DNA of 64,000 nt from Candidatus Bathyarchaeia archaeon (GTDB taxonomy: Archaea; Thermoproteota; Bathyarchaeia; Bathyarchaeales; Bathycorpusculaceae), in contig JBEKKK010000001.1 in NCBI GenBank assembly GCA_050010755.1, forward strand, positions 256,001 through 320,000, written 5' to 3'. Below the pieces are notes generated by a model. That model did no database searches. It saw only the letters and a list, made by a program, of their open reading frames with translations, and was not told where the DNA came from. This document shows positions 1 to 9,897 of the stretch, one piece after another (position 1 is the first letter of the stretch; each line of letters begins with the position of its first letter). The translations under genes were made by a program, and so were the position numbers.

Positions 1-403
1 TGGATACGACCTAGGTAATGGTACGCAGACGGGCCCGATACAAATAACCATATCCCAGCCAATCTGATGCCCTTAGGAACCTGTCTCAAACCTCTGATGC
101 TGACTTGTCTTCTTGATCAGAGAAATCCATTTGCTTCATCAGACTCGATATTCGCCTTTTGTGAAGGAGTTTTTCCGTTTAGTGCTGTAGACGCGCGCGA
201 GCAAGTTTTTAGAAAGTCTTTTTCATCCACCTGTGCTTCCAGTTCCTTCCCAAGATAGGCCCCCCAGTCAAATCCAATACTAAGTTATTCGTTTAGAGTC
301 TTACGTATTCTGAACCCTGACCCACCGTCTCAGTGGCGTAAAATCAGTACCGATAAGCGTAAATATGCCTTGAAATAGTAAAAGAGGCTACTGAGGACTC
401 TTT

Positions 404-625
404 ATGGTAGAATTAGAGTTGGCCGTAGCTCCAATGCATAGACTGTGCAAAAAGGCTGGAGCTGACAGAGTTAGCGAGGCTGCAGCGAAAGAACTGGCAA
501 AAGCCCTAGAGGAAATTGGGGTAAAAATCGCCAAAGAAGCTCTGGACTTCGCAATGCATGCTGGAAGGAAGACCATAAAATCTGAAGATATTGAAATCGC
601 AGCCAGAAAAGTCATGGGCAAATAG
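404..625 (+). CDS. Archaeal histone (HMf-like)
   Basis: 73 aa; [16 protein letters not shown]...[14 protein letters not shown] histone-fold signature. Confidence 0.95.
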   Translation: MVELELAVAPMHRLCKKAGADRVSEAAAKELAKALEEIGVKIAKEALDFAMHAGRKTIKSEDIEIAARKVMGK

Positions 626-626
626 A

Positions 627-657
627 CTTTTTTTCCCAGTTTCTCCTTTCTTTTTAT
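627..657 (+). terminator. Pyrimidine/poly-T tract after the histone gene
   Basis: ctttttttcccagtttctcctttctttttatt immediately after the stop; typical archaeal intrinsic terminator. Confidence 0.5.
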
Positions 658-750
658 TGAAATGATGCAGACTAGTACAATCGAATACCTGCATTAACGC
701 GAAAACGCTTAAGAACTGCGAACAGACTTCAATATTCGAAGTTGGTAAAC

Positions 751-1074
751 ATGGGTGGAAAGAAAAAGCTCAACCTGAAACAAATGGAACGGATGCAAGA
801 CAAGAAGGATGAAGAAGACAAAGAAAAGAAGAAGAAAGAGAAAGGTGGAGCTCCCAAAGAAAAGAGAGCTTCGGCAGTGGTTCCGCCTGACGCTAAAAAC
901 GACAAAATAATTGGAGAGCTCAAGAAGATGCACGTTCTAACACCTTACGCCGTGGCAACCCGATACAACATAAGAATTAGCGCAGCCAAAAGTTTCCTTG
1001 AAGAACTGAAAGAAAACGGCACGATCCAAGTCGTTTCAGGAAGCCACAACCTCAAAATATACAAGGCAGACTGA
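751..1074 (+). CDS. rps25e: 30S ribosomal protein S25e
   Basis: MGGKKK N-terminus, lysine-rich linker, VLTPYAVATRYNIRISAAKSFL...IY winged-helix core; start moved to ATG 751. Confidence 0.88.
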   Translation: MGGKKKLNLKQMERMQDKKDEEDKEKKKKEKGGAPKEKRASAVVPPDAKNDKIIGELKKMHVLTPYAVATRYNIRISAAKSFLEELKENGTIQVVSGSHNLKIYKAD

Positions 1075-1138
1075 ATTTTCCCATTTCAGAAATTCATTCG
1101 TCCACGCAAGTGGTAGATTATCAGAGGTTAGAACCTGT

Positions 1139-1618
1139 TTGGATTTTCCCAGGAGAATCTATACAGATGAAGAAGTCATCAGGGCAAGAGGACTGGTTGA
1201 GAATGGATACAAACACATTTTGACATCCGAAGGCAGTCCAGCCTTCAAGCAGAAGGTGGGCAGAGCAATCGATCTCGTCAAAGTTGCGGGTTACTACGAT
1301 TTCTTGAGAACTTACATTCGTGAAATCAAGGAGATTGACGGCTTGACCCAGCTTCGACAAGCTGAGGCTGCAATATGGGCGAACATGTACGCCGTGGAGA
1401 ATCCCGTCGACGCGGCCAGTCTTTTTGTGCAAAAGGCTAACAGCATGAAGGAATACCTGGAGGGCAAGCTTTACTACGGCGGACTAGCGGAGAGACGTTC
1501 CGACGAAAAACGGATTGAATTTCTCAAAGTGTTAGAGTCCAAGAGTCAGGAAAAGCAGGTTAGAGAAGAGTGTGAGAGAATCCTGAAGCTGTGGCGAGAG
1601 GCTTATTGGGTGTATTAG
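1139..1618 (+). CDS. Hypothetical protein (159 aa)
   Basis: Protein-like composition, fills the gap, stop overlaps the convergent gene; no motif recognised. Confidence 0.7.
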   Translation: MDFPRRIYTDEEVIRARGLVENGYKHILTSEGSPAFKQKVGRAIDLVKVAGYYDFLRTYIREIKEIDGLTQLRQAEAAIWANMYAVENPVDAASLFVQKANSMKEYLEGKLYYGGLAERRSDEKRIEFLKVLESKSQEKQVREECERILKLWREAYWVY

Positions 1619-1998
1619 ACGCTTTCAACCCTAATTTTTGTTCCGCTCTTCACCCTTTTAAATAGTTCAAGGTTCGAAGTGACTTTGCCCACGATGCTCA
1701 CGGGGCTGTAAGGTTGTGAGCTACCATAGAAGATGCATATGGCGCTTCCCATCGGCCAAAACGCGATTGTGCCGGTTTCGACCGTGCCCTTGGCTTTTTC
1801 TTCTCCCATCTTAATGGGTGTTTCGAAGTACACCTCTTCTTTCCACATCGCCGCTCTACCCTCTATCGGCAGTTTCCTAACTATCAAATCCACTGTCCTG
1901 GGCGCGAGAAACCGAACCAGTTCTCCTTCTGCCTCGCCCAGCCCTTCGACTATAAACTTCACTTTTACGCGAGATATCTCTGCTTGTTCTTCACTCAT
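1615..1998 (-). CDS. Cyclophilin-like fold protein (DUF369/TM1367-like)
   Basis: APRTVD..LP.EGRA..WKEEVYFETP, GTIAFWPMGSAICIFYG, PYSPV..VGKV. Confidence 0.85.
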   Translation of the reverse strand: MSEEQAEISRVKVKFIVEGLGEAEGELVRFLAPRTVDLIVRKLPIEGRAAMWKEEVYFETPIKMGEEKAKGTVETGTIAFWPMGSAICIFYGSSQPYSPVSIVGKVTSNLELFKRVKSGTKIRVESV

Positions 1999-3329
1999 TT
2001 TTCTTTCCGGCTTCTTTGAATGACCTCGTCCAGAATCTGCTCAAGAGAAACTGGCCCCAAAACTTCGAGCTCATACTTTACTCTTACGGTGGGCTTGCTA
2101 ATAGATATGACCCTTCTGAGGTCGATGGGCGTCCCGATGACTACAACATCGCAGGGCGTCCGATCGATTGTCTCCTTCAGCTCCTGCACCTGTTTTTCAC
2201 CATAACCCAACGCAGGAAGAACCGCCCCCAGATGCGCATACTTTCTGAACGCATCCCTTATCGACCCCACTGCGTATGGTCTCGGATCAACCAACTCAGC
2301 CGCTCCAAATCTCTTCGCGAAGACCACGCCGGCCCCGAAGGACATGCCACCATGCGTCACGGTTGGTCCATCCTCAATCACCAGAACCTTCTTTCCGCGG
2401 ACAGCTTCCGGATTGTCGGCGGTTATGGGTGAAGCTGCCTCCAGCACTTTAGCGTTCGGATTGACTGATTTGATGTTTTCCCTTACTTCGTGGACCTTTT
2501 GTGGATCTGCTGTGTCAACCTTGTTTATTATGATGACATCCGCCATTCGCAGGTTGGTTTCGCCAGGGTAGTATGTCAACTCGTTTCCTGCCCTGTGCGG
2601 GTCGGCCACGACGATGTTTAGATCAGGCCTGTAGAAGGACATGTCGTTGTTGCCCCCATCCCACACTATCACGTCAGCTTCGTCCTCAGCTTCTCTCAAA
2701 ATCTTTTCATAGTCTACTCCTGCGTAAACGATTATTCCGTTGTCAATGTGAGGCTCATACTCTTCTCTCTCTTCAATTGTGCACTCATACTTGTCCAAAT
2801 CCGCCAAAGAAGCGAAGCGTTCGCACACCTGTCTTCTCAAATTTCCGTAGGGCATCGGATGCCTGACGACTGCAACGTTCAGACCTTTATTCTTCAAGAT
2901 CTTTGCAACCTGCCTGGAGGTTTGGCTCTTGCCTGATCCTGTTCTGACAGCGCACACGGAGACAATGGGGACCTCTGCCTTCAGCATTGTTGTCTTGGGG
3001 CCCATCAGACGAAAATCTGGACCGTTCGCCAACACCTGAGAAGCCTTGTGCATCAGGTACTCATGGGAAACGTCGCTGTAAGCGAAAACGACCTGGTCAA
3101 CATCATGTTCTCTTATCAGCTTGGGAAGCTCTTCTTCTGAGCATATTGGTATTCCGTTCGGATACTTTGAGCCGGCAAGCTCAGCAGGATAGCAGCGCCC
3201 TTCAATTCCAGGTATCTGGGTGGCTGTGAAGGCCACTACGTCATAAGCGTCGTTGTCTCGGAAGAACACGTTGAAGTTATGGAAGTCCCTTCCAGCCGCG
3301 CCCATTATTACAACTTTGATTTGCTTCAT
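1995..3329 (-). CDS. COG2403 P-loop protein (cyclic 2,3-diphosphoglycerate synthetase-like; candidate arginine synthetase ArcE)
   Basis: IMGAAGRDFHNFN N-terminus, AVRTGSGKSQT P-loop, RHPMPYG, CTIEEREEYEPH, WDGGNND, EDGPTVTHGGM. Confidence 0.8.
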   Translation of the reverse strand: MKQIKVVIMGAAGRDFHNFNVFFRDNDAYDVVAFTATQIPGIEGRCYPAELAGSKYPNGIPICSEEELPKLIREHDVDQVVFAYSDVSHEYLMHKASQVLANGPDFRLMGPKTTMLKAEVPIVSVCAVRTGSGKSQTSRQVAKILKNKGLNVAVVRHPMPYGNLRRQVCERFASLADLDKYECTIEEREEYEPHIDNGIIVYAGVDYEKILREAEDEADVIVWDGGNNDMSFYRPDLNIVVADPHRAGNELTYYPGETNLRMADVIIINKVDTADPQKVHEVRENIKSVNPNAKVLEAASPITADNPEAVRGKKVLVIEDGPTVTHGGMSFGAGVVFAKRFGAAELVDPRPYAVGSIRDAFRKYAHLGAVLPALGYGEKQVQELKETIDRTPCDVVVIGTPIDLRRVISISKPTVRVKYELEVLGPVSLEQILDEVIQRSRKEK

Positions 3330-3410
3330 TGCAAAATCCTCCAGCAAAACCCCAAATCTGGGGGTTGAATACTAGCGCGCGCATTCCATATAAACCTTGA
3401 CGTCGGAGCA

Positions 3411-4514
3411 CTATTCTGTCAATTGGAGCACATTGTCGCTTATGTAGTCTATTTGTTTCGCCGTGACCCCAGGATGGACGGGCAGTGAAAACACACGTTC
3501 TGCCGCCTTTTCTGTCTCTGGAAGCCTATATATGCCGAACTTGCGATAGTACGGCATGAGATGTATCGGGTTCACGTAGCAGATGAACGCATCTATTCCC
3601 TTCTGCTTCAGCTTCTCAACGATGCTGTCCCTCTCTTTCTCCTTTGCTCTCTTCAATTGGACAGTGTACAGGTACCAAGAGCACTTGAAACCCTCCGGTT
3701 CGCTTGGCAGTTTAAGATTCTTTGCCTTCGCTAGGTTTTCTGTCAGTCTCTTCGCGTTCTGGCGCCTTCTGGCCACAAACTTTGGCAGTTTTTTGAGCTG
3801 TTCGACGCCTATGGCGGCAGCTATTTCCGGCATGTGGTAATTGTGTCCAAGCATCAGGGATTGATACTTCTTCTTCTCTCCGTGACTTCGAATGTACCGC
3901 GGCGTTTCCGCAATCTCGTCACTGTTCGTTGTTATCATGCCGCCTTCGCCCGTTGTCATGTTCTTGCTTCCGTAAAAGCTCCAGCAGGCAGCGTCGGCAA
4001 AGGTTCCTGGAGGTTTTCCCTTGTACGTTGCTCCATGCGCTTGAGCCGCGTCTTCTATGATTTTGAGCTCATGCTTGTCAGCTACTTCTCTTATGGGCTG
4101 CACGTCAGCAGGCATGCCATAGAGGTCAACCGGCATTATCGCTTTGGTCTTCCCCGTCACAGCCTTCCGAGCTGCTTCTGGAGAAATGGTGTACGTGTCA
4201 GGATTTATGTCAACAAAAACTGGTCTCGCTCTGTTGAACAATATGACCTCGGCTGTTGCAACAAACGTGAAGCTGGGTAGAATCACCTCGTCGCCGGCCT
4301 TCACACCAGCTGCTGTTAGAGCCGAGTGAAGAGCGGCGGTCCCGGAGTTCGTGGCTATTCCATGCTTCGCCTTAACAAACTTGGCAAAGGCTTTCTCGAA
4401 TTCCGTGACCTTCGGGCCTGCACCCAAGCCTGATGTTAAAATACCGCTTTTCAAGACTTTGACGACGGCTTCGATCTCTTCCTCGCCAATCTGAGGAGCA
4501 TTGATCGATATCAT
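3411..4514 (-). CDS. DegT/DnrJ/EryC1/StrS PLP aminotransferase
   Basis: NSGTAALH, GDEVILPSFTFVAT, IIEDAAQAHG, SFYGSKNMTTGEGG, SLPVHP. Confidence 0.93.
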   Translation of the reverse strand: MISINAPQIGEEEIEAVVKVLKSGILTSGLGAGPKVTEFEKAFAKFVKAKHGIATNSGTAALHSALTAAGVKAGDEVILPSFTFVATAEVILFNRARPVFVDINPDTYTISPEAARKAVTGKTKAIMPVDLYGMPADVQPIREVADKHELKIIEDAAQAHGATYKGKPPGTFADAACWSFYGSKNMTTGEGGMITTNSDEIAETPRYIRSHGEKKKYQSLMLGHNYHMPEIAAAIGVEQLKKLPKFVARRRQNAKRLTENLAKAKNLKLPSEPEGFKCSWYLYTVQLKRAKEKERDSIVEKLKQKGIDAFICYVNPIHLMPYYRKFGIYRLPETEKAAERVFSLPVHPGVTAKQIDYISDNVLQLTE

Positions 4515-4602
4515 CACAACGCCTTCCCAACTAGTGTAGAGATCTATGTTAATAACCTCTACGTTAGCATTTCGGATACGTTTCTGCACGCCGACAGAGG
4601 AA

Positions 4603-5235
4603 TTAGAATTTGTTGGCTAAGCCTTTCACCCTATTGAGGAACTCTTCCCTTTCTTTTTCAACCTCTTCCTTTCTTCTCAACAGAAACTCCAGCTCTTCGG
4701 ATATTTCCTCCAGCCACTGTTCCAAAGCCGCATTGCTCTCTTTGGTGGTCAGTTTTGCGATGTATCTTGACACGTCTTGAGCTGCGTTCTTCTTCAGCGA
4801 GCGCAAGGGGAAGTTGATTTCCTGAAACTTCGAGAAAGGAAAGAAATGCCTAGTTGAACGCGGTTCCATCAGACGGCCACTGACGCCTGCTGCTATGACT
4901 TTCTCGACGGTTATTTCGTTGTCGACCCCGTCCGTGTATCGATGTATTCTTCTTTTTCCGACATGTATCTTGCCCTTGAATACATCTGTGAGAATGACAG
5001 GTATGAGTTCATAGCCGAGGCTTTTCAATGCGAGCCAGCGGTGCATGCCATCCAAGATGACATGGGTTTTCTCGTCGACCACGATTGGATACTTCAGCAC
5101 TCCGTCGTTGATAATTTCTTTTCGCAGGAGCTCAAGGTAAAAGGGGGAGCCCTTTTCATGGGGCTTGAGCTGATCAACCCGTAATAAGGTCACTTTGGCA
5201 GCGACGCTGTCGACTCTTTGCACAGTAGTCGTCAC
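4603..5235 (-). CDS. ParB/Srx-fold protein, SerK/SbnI-like (candidate free serine kinase) with C-terminal coiled coil
   Basis: LKPHE, PIVVD, ILDGMHRWLAL and PRSTRH motifs; E/K-rich helical tail. Confidence 0.7.
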   Translation of the reverse strand: MTTTVQRVDSVAAKVTLLRVDQLKPHEKGSPFYLELLRKEIINDGVLKYPIVVDEKTHVILDGMHRWLALKSLGYELIPVILTDVFKGKIHVGKRRIHRYTDGVDNEITVEKVIAAGVSGRLMEPRSTRHFFPFSKFQEINFPLRSLKKNAAQDVSRYIAKLTTKESNAALEQWLEEISEELEFLLRRKEEVEKEREEFLNRVKGLANKF

Positions 5236-5247
5236 ATTATTCGCCTG

Positions 5248-6609
5248 TCAGCTGCTGAAAATGGGAACTTCGATTTTTTGAGGCTCGTATTCCACGAGTT
5301 TACCTGCGAGATACTGCTCGTACGCTGAGAGATCGAGAAGCCCATGTCCGCTGTAATTCATTGCAATGACTTTCTTTTCCCCTGTTTTCCTGCAATTCAG
5401 AGCCTCATCCATCACGAACTTCAGGCTATGGGCGGTTTCGGGAGCCGCTATCATGCCCTCCGTTTGAGCCAGAAGCCTAGCCGCCTCGAAAACCTCGGTT
5501 TGATCGTAGGCAACTGAACGGGCATATCCTTTGTGGATGAGGTATGAGATGAGCGGTGACATGCCGTGATACCTTAGGCCTCCAGCGTGGACTGGCGGAC
5601 ATGCGTAGTCGTGTCCTATCGTCAGCATTTTGATTAGCGGAGTCATCTTGGCGGTGTCTCCATAGTCGTACGTGTAGACTCCCCTAGTCGTGTGCGGAAC
5701 GGCTTTCGATTCGCAAGCAACGAATTCTGTCTCGGTCCTCCCTTTGAGCTTGTCCATCATGAAAGGAAAGCAGAAGCCGCCGTAGTTAGAGCCTCCTCCT
5801 ATGCAGCCGCAAACGAGATTCGGGTTCACGTCTATGCTTTCGAATTGTTTCTTCGCTTCCAATCCTATTATAGTCTGATGCATCAGAACATGGTTTAGGA
5901 CAGAGCCGAGAGAATACCGCGTGTCTTCGTGTGCAAGCGTGTCTTCGATGGCTTCGCTTATAGCAATGCCGAGCGTTCCGGGATGATTGGGATTTTCTTT
6001 CAGCAGTTTCCGGCCAAATTCTGTTCGGTCGCTTGGTGAAGGGCACATTTCAGCTCCGTACAGCTGAGCCATCGTCCTTCTGCCGGGCTTGTTTTGATAA
6101 CTCACGCGAACCATGTATATTTGGCATTTGAGTCCGAAGAGCACGGTGGCCAAAGCTAAGGCTGTTCCCCATTGTCCAGCCCCAGTTTCAGTGGCTAATC
6201 TTTGGATTCCCTGCTTCCTGTTGTAGTACGCCTGTGCAATAGCTGTGTTGGTCTTGTGACTGCCTGCTGGGCTGAAGTTTTCACATTTGAAGTAGATTTC
6301 GGCGGGCGTCTTGAGGAACCTCTCGAATCTTTTGGCGCGGTACAGAGGTGTCGGGCGGGGGAGTCTCAAATAAGCATCAAGCACTTCATCTGGTATCTTT
6401 ACGAACCGTTCCGTTGATACTTCTTGTGCGACGAGTTCTTTTGCGAATATTCTTTCAAGAACTTTTGGGTTTATCGGTTTCAACGTTGTTGGATCCAGTG
6501 GGGGCGACAGGGGCTCAGGAAGATCTGCTTGTATGTTGTACCAGGATGATGGCATTTCTTCGGGTTCCAGTTGAATCACATACTCTTTGTTCTTGCTTGT
6601 TTGCGTCAT
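5248..6609 (-). CDS. trpB2: Tryptophan synthase beta chain, type 2 (TrpB2)
   Basis: SPAGSHKTNTA (PLP lysine), TETGAGQWG, GSLGIAISEA-like GTLGIAISEA, LGSVLNHV, HAGGLRYHG, APETAH, SGHGLLDL. Confidence 0.95.
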   Translation of the reverse strand: MTQTSKNKEYVIQLEPEEMPSSWYNIQADLPEPLSPPLDPTTLKPINPKVLERIFAKELVAQEVSTERFVKIPDEVLDAYLRLPRPTPLYRAKRFERFLKTPAEIYFKCENFSPAGSHKTNTAIAQAYYNRKQGIQRLATETGAGQWGTALALATVLFGLKCQIYMVRVSYQNKPGRRTMAQLYGAEMCPSPSDRTEFGRKLLKENPNHPGTLGIAISEAIEDTLAHEDTRYSLGSVLNHVLMHQTIIGLEAKKQFESIDVNPNLVCGCIGGGSNYGGFCFPFMMDKLKGRTETEFVACESKAVPHTTRGVYTYDYGDTAKMTPLIKMLTIGHDYACPPVHAGGLRYHGMSPLISYLIHKGYARSVAYDQTEVFEAARLLAQTEGMIAAPETAHSLKFVMDEALNCRKTGEKKVIAMNYSGHGLLDLSAYEQYLAGKLVEYEPQKIEVPIFSS

Positions 6610-6723
6610 TCTACCTTCTCCTATGTACATTTATGTTCGTTCATGTACTTTATTGCTCAGACTGTTACGCAGGAACATATTTATACTTTCTTGCACAGAA
6701 ATGTGCATTAAGGAAACCGTAAC

Positions 6724-7227
6724 ATGTGGAACAGCGCAAAGAAATACTTTGAGGGGCAGCCAGAAAGGCTCAAGGTGGCACGAGTGCTGATAGAAAATGG
6801 TCTGGCCGTAAGAAACGGAAAAATCTACCTTAACGAGATTGAAGTTCCCCCTGTTAGAATTGCGCGGGCGGCCGGAGTGGACAGACGGACAGTCGTAGAA
6901 ACGTTGAAAGCAATTGGATCCGACCGAGGACTTCGACTAATATTCCAAGACATTAAATCTGCAGGTCTTTCGCTGAGAGAAATTGCCAAGGATCTAAACC
7001 TTGGCGTGGTTGAAATAACGCCCGTGGATGCGAAGATCCCGGGCATATTAGCAGGATCAGCCATGATTCTTGCAAAGAATGGCCTAAGCATAAGACAGGC
7101 AATCGTAGATGACCCAGAGCTTTCACCAGAACCCAAACTCACGTTGATTGTGGAGAGAAAAATCCCCGGAGAAATCATCCCGGAGCTGCTCAACGTAAAA
7201 GGAGTAGCAAAGGTTTCAATCTACTAG
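6724..7227 (+). CDS. HTH + ACT-domain regulator of amino acid metabolism (COG2150-like)
   Basis: IARAAGVDRRTVVET helix-turn-helix; PGILA...ISIRQA-like LSIRQAIVDDP ACT domain; divergent from trpB2. Confidence 0.85.
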   Translation: MWNSAKKYFEGQPERLKVARVLIENGLAVRNGKIYLNEIEVPPVRIARAAGVDRRTVVETLKAIGSDRGLRLIFQDIKSAGLSLREIAKDLNLGVVEITPVDAKIPGILAGSAMILAKNGLSIRQAIVDDPELSPEPKLTLIVERKIPGEIIPELLNVKGVAKVSIY

Positions 7228-7379
7228 ATGATGAAGGGTATAATTTTTAAACCAATAATTGAAGTACATCCGCCAAGTTTTCAGGAGTTTTGATACATCA
7301 AAAAAGCACATTCATGACAGAAAGAATAATAGCGAACTTCTACCGCAATTTGTTCATTCTAACCATGGACGTCTACCTG

Positions 7380-9380
7380 ATGACCAAGATTGGCGTGTAC
7401 GTTTGTCACTGCGGCATCAACATCGCTGGAGTGGTTGATGTGCAAAAGGTTGCCGAATACGCCAAAACTTTGCCCGACGTCGTGGTATCCAAGCATTACA
7501 TGTACATGTGCAGTGAACCAGGACAACGCATGATTCAAGAAGACATAAGGAACAAAGAGCTCGATAGAGTCGTCATCGCAACGTGCTCTCCTCGAATGCA
7601 CGAAGAAACCTTCCGAAGAGCAGTTGCTGAAGCTGGGCTCAATCCATACCTGACGGAAATAGTCAATCTACGGGAGCAGGTTTCTTGGGCGCACACTCAC
7701 GAGCCTGAAAAGGCGACTGAAAAAGCTAAGGCGCTCGTCAGGATGGGAATCGCGCGGTCCCGGCTCCTAGAACCTCTTGAAAAACACAGAGTGAGCGTTG
7801 AAAAAAGCATTTTGGTTGTGGGCGGAGGAATCGCGGGCATACAGACCTCGTTAGATCTTGCTAACGCAGGTTTTCCAGTCTATCTCGTGGAGAAAACTCC
7901 AAGCATCGGCGGGCGCATGGCACAACTGGACAAAACCTTCCCAACTCTCGACTGCAGCGCATGCATATTGACGCCTAAAATGGTTGACGTAGTCAAACAT
8001 CCTAACATCACAACGCTCACAAATGCCGAGGTCACCGATGTCAAGGGCTTCGTTGGGAACTACGAAGTTACAATCCTCAAAAAACCGCGATACGTTGACG
8101 AAAAAAAATGCGTCGGTTGTGGAATATGCGCGCAAGTATGCCCGGTCAAGGTTCCAGACGAGTTTAACGAAAATCTGACGCAAAAACGCGCCATATCCAT
8201 CTACTCAACACACGCGGTTCCTAACGTCGCCATAATCAACTCGAACTACTGCCTCAGACTGAAGCATGGCAAGGGCGTTTGCGGCAAGTGCCAAGAAGCA
8301 TGCGAAGCCAAGGCTGTAGAATTCGAGGAGCGCCCTGAAACAATTCATGCTAAAGTGGGCGGCATCGTACTGGCCGTGGGTTCCGAGGTTTTCAACGCGT
8401 CGCAGATGGGAGAACTCGGATACGGACGCTTCAAGAACGTGATTTCAAACATCGAGTTCGAAAGGATATCAGATGCGTCTGGACCGACAGGAGGCAAAAT
8501 ACTCTCGCCGAAGAACGGAGAAACGCCTAAGACAATTGCTTTCATCCAGTGTGTGGGCTCTCGAGACAAGCGTTTCCATGAGTACTGTTGCCGAGTGGGC
8601 TGCATGGTAACCCTGAAACAGGCGATTCTGGCCAGAGAGAAAATTCGGGAAAACGTGAAGATATACATCTGCTACATCGACATGCGGGCCTTCGGCAAGG
8701 GCTACGACGAGTTCTACACACGTGCAAGGGACATGGACATAGATTTTGTAGCAGGCCTGCCCTCTGAGATTCACGAGTCGTCAGACGGTTCACTCTACTT
8801 CGACGTCTACGACAAAGGAACGAACAAACTCTTGCAGATACGCGCAGACCTAGTCGTGCTCGGGACAGGACTCGTTCCAAACAAAGATCTAGCAGACATC
8901 AGCGCACTAATCCATGCTTCAAGGAGCGCGGACGGTTTTCTGTTAGAAGCGCACCCGAAACTCAGACCGCTCGAAACTGCCGCGGCCGGTATCTTTCTCG
9001 CAGGCGCATGTCAGGGACCTAAAGATATACCGGACACCGTGGCGCAGGCAAGCGGAGCCGCGGCGAAGGCCTTGGACCTGCTCTCCCGTGGTGAGATCGA
9101 GCTTGAACCCTTGAAAGCCACGGTTGAAGAAGATTTGTGCAGCGGATGCAAAATCTGCGCGTCCATCTGTCCGTTCCTAGCGATAGAGATGACAACTGAT
9201 GTCATTGACGGAAAAGAGAGGACCAAAGCAGGGGTCATCGAGGCCATGTGCCAAGGGTGCGGTCTTTGCGGTTCGGCATGCCCGACTGGCGCTATCAAAA
9301 TACAACAATACACTAGCACTCAGGTCATAACTCAAGTCGACGCAGCCTTTGCTGAACGCTGCGTCAAAGGGGGAAAATGA
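7380..9380 (+). CDS. hdrA: Heterodisulfide reductase subunit A
   Basis: IGVYVCHCG, YMCS..GQ, CSPRMHE.TFR, GGGIAG FAD motif, DKTFPTLDCSAC, IQCVGSRD..CCRVGC, EAHPKLRP, GACQGPKDIP, inserted and C-terminal ferredoxin motifs; start moved to ATG 7380. Confidence 0.96.
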   Translation: MTKIGVYVCHCGINIAGVVDVQKVAEYAKTLPDVVVSKHYMYMCSEPGQRMIQEDIRNKELDRVVIATCSPRMHEETFRRAVAEAGLNPYLTEIVNLREQVSWAHTHEPEKATEKAKALVRMGIARSRLLEPLEKHRVSVEKSILVVGGGIAGIQTSLDLANAGFPVYLVEKTPSIGGRMAQLDKTFPTLDCSACILTPKMVDVVKHPNITTLTNAEVTDVKGFVGNYEVTILKKPRYVDEKKCVGCGICAQVCPVKVPDEFNENLTQKRAISIYSTHAVPNVAIINSNYCLRLKHGKGVCGKCQEACEAKAVEFEERPETIHAKVGGIVLAVGSEVFNASQMGELGYGRFKNVISNIEFERISDASGPTGGKILSPKNGETPKTIAFIQCVGSRDKRFHEYCCRVGCMVTLKQAILAREKIRENVKIYICYIDMRAFGKGYDEFYTRARDMDIDFVAGLPSEIHESSDGSLYFDVYDKGTNKLLQIRADLVVLGTGLVPNKDLADISALIHASRSADGFLLEAHPKLRPLETAAAGIFLAGACQGPKDIPDTVAQASGAAAKALDLLSRGEIELEPLKATVEEDLCSGCKICASICPFLAIEMTTDVIDGKERTKAGVIEAMCQGCGLCGSACPTGAIKIQQYTSTQVITQVDAAFAERCVKGGK

Positions 9381-9399
9381 TTTGGGCCTCTGTGATTTG

Positions 9400-9897
9400 A
9401 TGTCGATGGCCAAGCCCAACATCGAAGTCCGAGACAAGATTCTAGCCAGAATCGGCGGAAAAGAGTTGGCGAACTGCTTTCAGTGTGGAAAATGCACGAG
9501 CGGATGCACCGCCTTGAAGCTTCTGGAGCTGAAGCCACACGAAATAATAAAACTCGTGAACTTAGGCTTCGTAGACGAACTGCCCTCTTCGGACATAATC
9601 TGGACGTGTGTAACCTGCTTGAAATGTGTGCAAAGATGCCCCCAGAAAGCCTCGCCCTACCACGTAATAATAGCCCTGAGAAATCTTGCCGTTGAAAGAG
9701 AAGCAAAAGTGCCAGAGAGCTACATGAAGGCAGTTTCCCAGATACTAGAAACCGGACAGATAGACACTTACCAGAAAATCGTCACCAGAAATATGGAGAC
9801 AGTTGACCGTGAACGCTTGAAACTTCCTAAGATATGCCAGCCGAAAGAAAGCTTTCAAATCGTTTTCATGAAGACGATGGAGGAAAAGACAGTTTGA
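9400..9897 (+). CDS. hdrC: Heterodisulfide reductase subunit C
   Basis: CFQCGKCTSGC and WTCVTCLKCVQRCP two [4Fe-4S] motifs; lies between hdrA and hdrB. Confidence 0.92.
   Translation: MSMAKPNIEVRDKILARIGGKELANCFQCGKCTSGCTALKLLELKPHEIIKLVNLGFVDELPSSDIIWTCVTCLKCVQRCPQKASPYHVIIALRNLAVEREAKVPESYMKAVSQILETGQIDTYQKIVTRNMETVDRERLKLPKICQPKESFQIVFMKTMEEKTV

Noticed and set aside
1-400. Short ORFs at the window start (67..258 on + and short minus-strand frames)
   Set aside because: No recognisable motif, stops interrupt the minus frames, and the context is cut by the window edge.
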